Source: Emiliania huxleyi CCMP1516 (Eukaryota). Taken from it: 64,000 nt of DNA. The stretch lies in assembly GCF_000372725.1 (NCBI RefSeq), contig NW_005202428.1:462679-526678 (forward strand), in the 5' to 3' direction. This document shows positions 58,598-64,000 of the stretch, piece by piece; position 1 is the stretch's first letter; every line of letters begins with the position of its first letter. The translations under genes and the position numbers were made by a program. A model generated the notes under the pieces. The model saw only the letters and a program-made list of their open reading frames with translations, was not told the DNA's origin and ran no database searches.

Positions 58598-58760
58598 GTG
58601 CTCGACCCGCTCGATGACGCGAACAACGCGGGCAAGGGCTGCTACCGCTTCTGCCAGGTGCAGGCGCTCTTCCGCGCGGCGCTCGCCGCCGCCGCCTCCG
58701 CCGCTGGCGACGCGGCCGACCGCGCGGTGGCGAGCGGCCAGGCGGGCTGCGCGCCGTCGG
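58598..58760 (+). pseudogene. Isolated exon resembling the PAP-associated C-terminal domain of Trf4/Cid1-like nucleotidyltransferases
   Basis: CAG acceptor, then VLDPLDDANNAGKGCYRFCQVQALFRAA; no catalytic exons upstream. Confidence 0.5.
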
Positions 58761-59257
58761 CCGAGTGGAATCGGCGAGAGTGGGCGATTGAGGGGTTGAG
58801 ACTGGACGGCAGGTGGGATGCGCCATCGACCTCGGCTCCCTCGTCACTGCGCTCATGGACGCGTCTGCGGGCGGCGAGCCGACGGGCGACATGCCGCCGC
58901 CGGTGGCGCCTGCTGGGGCGTGAGTGCCGTGGGGGCTCGCGCGGGGTGGGAGGCGGAGAGGGGACGCGACCCCAGCACCCTCGCCGCATGCATGGATTGC
59001 GACCATGCGCGTCACACGATTCGCGAGAGAACAGCAGTGTATGCTTCCTCGAGCTCTCGACGTCCCTGACCCTGTCGAGCGACGTCAGGGCGGGATCTCA
59101 TTTTGGGACAACTGTCAGCTCCCAAGACACTCAACCCGATGGGTCGTTCCTCGTAGCTACTAGCTGTAGGTCAAAAGGTTTTTCACGTAGTCCTTTATTA
59201 ACTTGAAGCCCCGGGCTTTTTTTCTCCTGTCGGTTCACCCAAGAATTCTTCTTCGCG

Positions 59258-60775
59258 ATGTCCACCCCGCCGCGCCGCCGCTCGCGCCGCCTCGCCGCCG
59301 CCGCCGCCGCCGCCCCCTCGCCAAGCACGCCGCCGCCCGCCCGCCTGCTCGACCTCCCCGCGGACCTCCTCGAGCGCGCCCTCTCGCGCTGCGACCCCAT
59401 CGACATCGCTCGCGTCGCGGCCGTCTCGCTTCTCTTCCACGCCTCACTCGCGCAGGCGGGCATCCGCTTGCGCCTGCAAGAGGCCGGCTACGAGCCGCCG
59501 GCGCAGCCAGAGGGCGAGAGCTGCGCCGTGCGGTGGCTGTGCTTCTATGCCTTGCTGCGCGAGTCCAACCCGCCTGCGAGGGCTGCGGCGGGAGATCGGC
59601 ACAGCGTCTTCATCGACGGCGAGGGGCGGCTCTCGTCGTGCGGGTCAGCGGCAACGGAGGGCGAAGGGGAGGATGAGGACGAAGAGGAGGAGGAGGAGTA
59701 CTATCCAGGCCTTCTCGGCCACGGCGAGGGCGTGACGCAGCTCAACACACCGACCCGCCTTCCGTCGACGCTGGGTGGCGAGCGCGCCGTGAGCGTGTCG
59801 GCTGGCTATGGTCACAGCCTTGCCCTCACCTCCGACGGCGCCGCCTGGAGCTGGGGTAAGGGATCCTGTGGCCAGCTGGGCCACGGCGACGAGCAGAGCC
59901 AGTGGCAGCCAAAGAAGATCGAGGCCTTCACTGGCCAGCGCGTCGTCGCTGTCTCGGCTGGAGGCAGCTACAGCCTCGCCCTCACCGCCGACGGCGCCGC
60001 TTGGAGCTGGGGCTTGGGCTACGTTGGCCGCTTGGGCCACGGCGACGAGCAGCACCAGCAGCTGCCCAAGAAGCTCGAGGCGTTGGCTGGCCAGCGTGTC
60101 GTCGCTGTGTCTGCTGGATGGGAGCACAACCTCGCCGTCACCGCCGACGGCGCCGTCTGGAGCTGGGGCAGTGGATACTATGGCAGGCTGGGCCACGGCG
60201 ACGAGCAGAGCCAGCTGCTGCCAAAGAAGATCGAGGCCTTCGCTGGGCGGCGCGTCGTCGCTGTGTCGGCGGGAAACGACCACAGCCTCGCCATCACGGC
60301 CGACAGCGCCGTCTGGAGCTGGGGCTATGGATGCGAAGGAGGCCACTTGGGCCACGGCGACCTGCAGAACCAGCTCCTGCCCAAGAAGGTCGAGGCCTTT
60401 GCTGGCCAGCGCGTCGTCGCCGTGTCGGCGGGAAACGACCACAGCCTCGCCATCACCGCCGACGGCGCCGTCTTGAGCTGGGGCGAGGGGTGGCCCAGCT
60501 GGGGCCAGCTGGGCCACGGCGACGAGCAGACCCAGCCGCTGCCCAAGAAGGTCGAGGCCTTTGCTGGGCGGCGCGTCGTCGCCGTGTCGGCTGGAGGCAG
60601 CTACAGCCTCGCCCTCACCGCCGACGGCGCCTTCTTCACCTGGGGCGAGGGCACCCATGGCTGCCTAGGCCACGGAGAGGACCTGTCGAACCAGCTGCTG
60701 CCCAAGAAGATCGAGGCGTGGGCGAGCCGGTCGCCCACGCCAGTCTCTTCTGACGGCAGCGAGGAGGACGAGTAG
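59258..60775 (+). CDS. F-box plus RCC1-repeat protein
   Basis: LLDLPADLLERALSRCDPIDIARVAAVS (F-box); about 6-7 repeats of VVAVSAG..HSLAITADGAVWSWG.G..G.LGHGD. Confidence 0.9.
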   Translation: MSTPPRRRSRRLAAAAAAAPSPSTPPPARLLDLPADLLERALSRCDPIDIARVAAVSLLFHASLAQAGIRLRLQEAGYEPPAQPEGESCAVRWLCFYALLRESNPPARAAAGDRHSVFIDGEGRLSSCGSAATEGEGEDEDEEEEEEYYPGLLGHGEGVTQLNTPTRLPSTLGGERAVSVSAGYGHSLALTSDGAAWSWGKGSCGQLGHGDEQSQWQPKKIEAFTGQRVVAVSAGGSYSLALTADGAAWSWGLGYVGRLGHGDEQHQQLPKKLEALAGQRVVAVSAGWEHNLAVTADGAVWSWGSGYYGRLGHGDEQSQLLPKKIEAFAGRRVVAVSAGNDHSLAITADSAVWSWGYGCEGGHLGHGDLQNQLLPKKVEAFAGQRVVAVSAGNDHSLAITADGAVLSWGEGWPSWGQLGHGDEQTQPLPKKVEAFAGRRVVAVSAGGSYSLALTADGAFFTWGEGTHGCLGHGEDLSNQLLPKKIEAWASRSPTPVSSDGSEEDE

Positions 60776-60929
60776 CTGCAAGACGGCGGGATACTCTGGT
60801 TCCTGTGTGTTTCGGGTGGGTGGAGAAAAAGTATTTTTGCGCGGCGAGTGCCCGCCGTGCTAGAGCTAGCAGCTAGACTAGTCGCGGGCGCGGGCGGTGG
60901 CGTGCGCGCTGGCGCAGCCACACGCGTGA

Positions 60930-61136
60930 GGCGAGACGTCGTGCATCATATGCTTCGAGCGGCCGAAGTCTCACCTCGCGGTGCCGTGCAGCCACTTGTG
61001 CGGCGTCTGCGGTCCATGCTCCGAGCTTATGCGAGAGTGTCCTTATTGCCGCGAGCCTGTGATGATGTGGCTCGCCCCGCGCCTTGTGAGAGAGAGATTT
61101 TTAGCAATACCAAACAACTCTAACACTCACACGTAA
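60930..61136 (+). pseudogene. Orphan C3HC4-type RING finger exon
   Basis: Manual translation GETSCIICFERPKSHLAVPCSHLCGVCGPCSELMRECPYCREPVMMWLAPRLV; in-frame TGA directly upstream; runs into the (GA)n repeat. Not in the ORF track. Confidence 0.7.
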
Positions 61137-61456
61137 TTGTGTTTTTGCCTTGATGATCACGCGGGGAAAGTTGTCTGTGTGTCGCTCCTGTGTGACCGTC
61201 ACCGCCCGTCTTGCGTCCACCCATTACCGCGCTGGAGTCCCACAGTCGTGGGTCTGACCTTCGTCCTTCCTTGGGGGGCTTCCTGGGGGGGGGAAATCCT
61301 TCGACGGATTGATTCGGATCGAGTGTCGGGTTTTCTTCAATACCTCCTGCAAGCAGCGCGGCAACGGCAGAGGCAGGCGTTCACTCCCGCGCACCTCTCT
61401 GCCGCGAAATTCGAAACTGCATCATCCGCCCTATTTCCCTACACAGGCGAGTCACA

Positions 61457-63689
61457 ATGAGTGTCGCTCTCAACGAGCTGAAGGACTACGTCGGGTGGGA
61501 ATCGGGCGGGCAGGCCCGGGCCGAGTCGACGGCGAGCACAACGCCTCCGCAGCCGCCGTCCCGCGAGCGTGCGCCCCGGCTGACAGGCGGCGTCCGCCCG
61601 AATGGCGCAGGTGCTGCTGCATGTGACGCACTCGAACCTGCAGGCGCGCATGTTTGAGATCCGGCTCGACCGGCACATGAGCGTCGGCACCGTCAAGGAG
61701 AAGCTGCGGACACACACCGGTGCCGGCCCGGCGCGTTGGCGGCGGCAGCAGGACGGGCGCTGCGCTCTGAGTCGTCGCTGCTGTCTCCTACGTAGGCACT
61801 GGCTCGGTGTTCGCGCACTTGACGCTGCTCGACGAGAACCAGCAGGCACCGCTGCGGCCTCCGCCGCCGCCGCCGCTGCCGCCGCCGCCGCTGCCGCCAC
61901 CGCCACCGCCGCCGCTGCCGCCGCCGCCGGCCGCGAACCCCTCGCCGCCCCGCGGTCCTACCCCGCCGCCTGTCCCCCTCGGTCAGGTCGTGGCCGACCT
62001 CTGCGATGACTCGCTGATGCTGGGTCTACGCGCCGCCCCGCCCCGCCCCGCCCCGCCCCGCCCCTCTCCACCGGTAGGCTACCCTACCCTGCCCTGCCCG
62101 CCTCCCCCGCCCCGCCCTGCCCTGCCCTGCCCACCACTCCTCTCCGCCGCTGCCCGAAAGGCTACTTTTCGCCGCTGGACGGCTACACGCTGCACATCAC
62201 CGACCTCGACCCGCACTCCCTCTCGGCGGGCGGCGGGCTGGAGGACGTCAACCTCGTCAAAAAGTGCGAGACCCATATCTGCCCATATCTCCCCATATCT
62301 CCCCATATCTCCCCATATCTCCTCAACCTCGTCAAAAAGTGCGAGACCCATACCTGCCCATATCTCCCCATATCTCCCCATATCTCCCCATATCTCCTCA
62401 ACCTCGTCAAAAAGTGCGAGACCGCCGGAGGGGGACCGGCTGGAGCGGGAGGAGAGCCCCGCTCTTCACGGCTGCTGATGTCATTAGGTACGAGATCTCG
62501 GAGGGGGAGATTGTGGGAGATTGTGGGAGATTGTGGGAGATTGTGATGATTTCATTAGGTACGAGATCTCGGAGGAGGACTACCTGAAGCGGGAGGACAA
62601 CTTCCGCGCGTGGAAGGAGGCCAAGAAGCGGGAGGACCCGAGCTGGTCCTTTGCTAAGGAGATCAAGGAGAGGCAGGACGCGCAGCGCAAAAAGGCGGAC
62701 CCGAGCTTTGTGCCCGAGCCGTGGAAGGAGGTCGAGATCTAGCCGAGATCTAGCCGAGATCTAGCCGAGATCTAGCCGAGATCTAGCCGAGATGTAGCCG
62801 AGATATGCCCGAGCCGTGGAAGGAGGTCGACGACGAGCGAGGGGCACTGCGAGATGCGCCGAGATGCGCCGAGATGCGCCGAGATGCGCCGAGATTGCGC
62901 GAGATAGGTCGAGACGAGCGAGGAGTCGTACAAGGAGCTCGCGGAGCGGGTCAAGGTGGGCGACCGGTGCGAGGTGACGCTGGGGGGCAAGCGGGGCGAG
63001 GTGCGATACGTGGGCAAGATCCCGGCCATTGCGGCAGGCTGGTGGGTGGGCGTGCAGTACGACGAGCCCGTCGGAAAGGCGCGAGATAAGGGGGGGAGAG
63101 AGAGGGAGGGGGGGGGGGGGGGGGTAGCCCCAGTATAGCCCCCCGGAAAAGCCCCAGAATAAGGGGGGATAAAAAGGGAGGGGGGGGGGGGGGTACCCCA
63201 AGTTATCCCCCCCCGAAAAGGCCCGAAAATTAGGAAGGGGAAAAGGGGGTGGGGGGGGGGGGGGGNNNNNNNNNNNNNNNNNNNNNNNNNNNNNNNNNNN
63301 NNNNNNNNNNNNNNNNNNNNNNNNNNNNNNNNNNNNNNNNNNNNNNNNNNNNNNNNNNNNNNNNNNNNNNNNNNNNNNNNNNNNNNNNNNNNNNNNNNNN
63401 NNNNNNNNNNNNNNNNNNNNNNNNNNNNNNNNNNNNNNNNNNNNNNNNNNNNNNNNNNNNNNNNNNNNNNNNNNNNNNNNNNNNNNNNNNNNNNNNNNNN
63501 NNNNNNNNNNNNNNNNNNNNNNNNNNNNNNNNNNNNNNNNNNNNNNNNNNNNNNNNNNNNNNNNNNNNNNNNNNNNNNNNNNNNNNNNNNNNNNNNNNNN
63601 NNNNNNNNNNNCCCCCCCGCCTCCCCCTTCCCCTCCCGCACTCCACGCAGGAGCGCGACATTTTCGACGAGGAGGAGGAGGACGAGTAG
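61457..63689 (+). CDS. TBCB: Tubulin-folding cofactor B (Ubl + CAP-Gly), multi-exon, gap near 3' end
   Basis: VTHSNL..EIRLD..VKEKL..HTG, DDSLMLG|YFSPLDGYTLHITDLDPHS..LEDVNLVKK|YEISEEDYLKRED, VGDRCEV..RGEVRYVG..GWWVGVQYDEPVGK and an acidic tail. Confidence 0.92.
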
Positions 63690-64000
63690 TGCTGGACCTG
63701 AGACTGTATCCTGTCGCCGTGGTGTTTGATGGTATTGAGTGGCCAGCGCGGGCCAATCTGTGTGTGTACGATCTCCACCCTTCTGTTCCCCCTTCTTTCT
63801 CTATCCTGTTCTTCTAACTTACACTCTACATGAAAGTAAGCTTCATTGCAGCACACGCGATATGGCGATTTACAGAGCCGACAGACCGGGGGCGGTTTGC
63901 TTTCAAGTATCAAGATTTTAGGGATTTAGCGTGTTCCGTTCAGTATTCAGCGAGAGAGTCGGAGGAGTGTGAATTGGAACTACTTACAACTAGCGCGCCA

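Overview
GC-rich, intron-containing eukaryotic draft scaffold with six N gaps. The GC content, frequent GC-AG introns filled with 10-11 bp tandem repeats, a signal-peptide-bearing plastid cpn20, and expanded ankyrin and F-box/RCC1 families point to a haptophyte such as Emiliania (Gephyrocapsa) huxleyi (inference). Recognisable genes: CDC73, ankyrin/U-box, HET-like/LRR, METTL24-like methyltransferase, GH125 mannosidase, EH+PH protein, PH protein, two more ankyrin proteins, BTB-MATH-SAP-BACK, cpn20, Tudor protein, CREST-family membrane hydrolase, trypsin-like protease, FtsJ-like methyltransferase, F-box/RCC1 and tubulin cofactor B. They are interleaved with gene fragments and chimeras (methyltransferase-kinase-RING, 3' half of an AMT, a caspase-like gene with an internal deletion, orphan RING and PAP-associated exons), three TIR-bounded MITEs, 3' relics of RLE-type non-LTR retrotransposons, and dispersed repeats ending in (GA)n. 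The most striking unexplained signal: many introns carry near-perfect 12-37 nt copies ('echoes') of the adjacent exon next to 10-11 bp minisatellites, and one contains a copy of its own spliced exon-exon junction. This suggests ongoing intron creation or remodelling by local duplication or RNA-templated repair. All calls are by eye and exon boundaries are approximate. No CRISPR, rRNA or tRNA was recognised.
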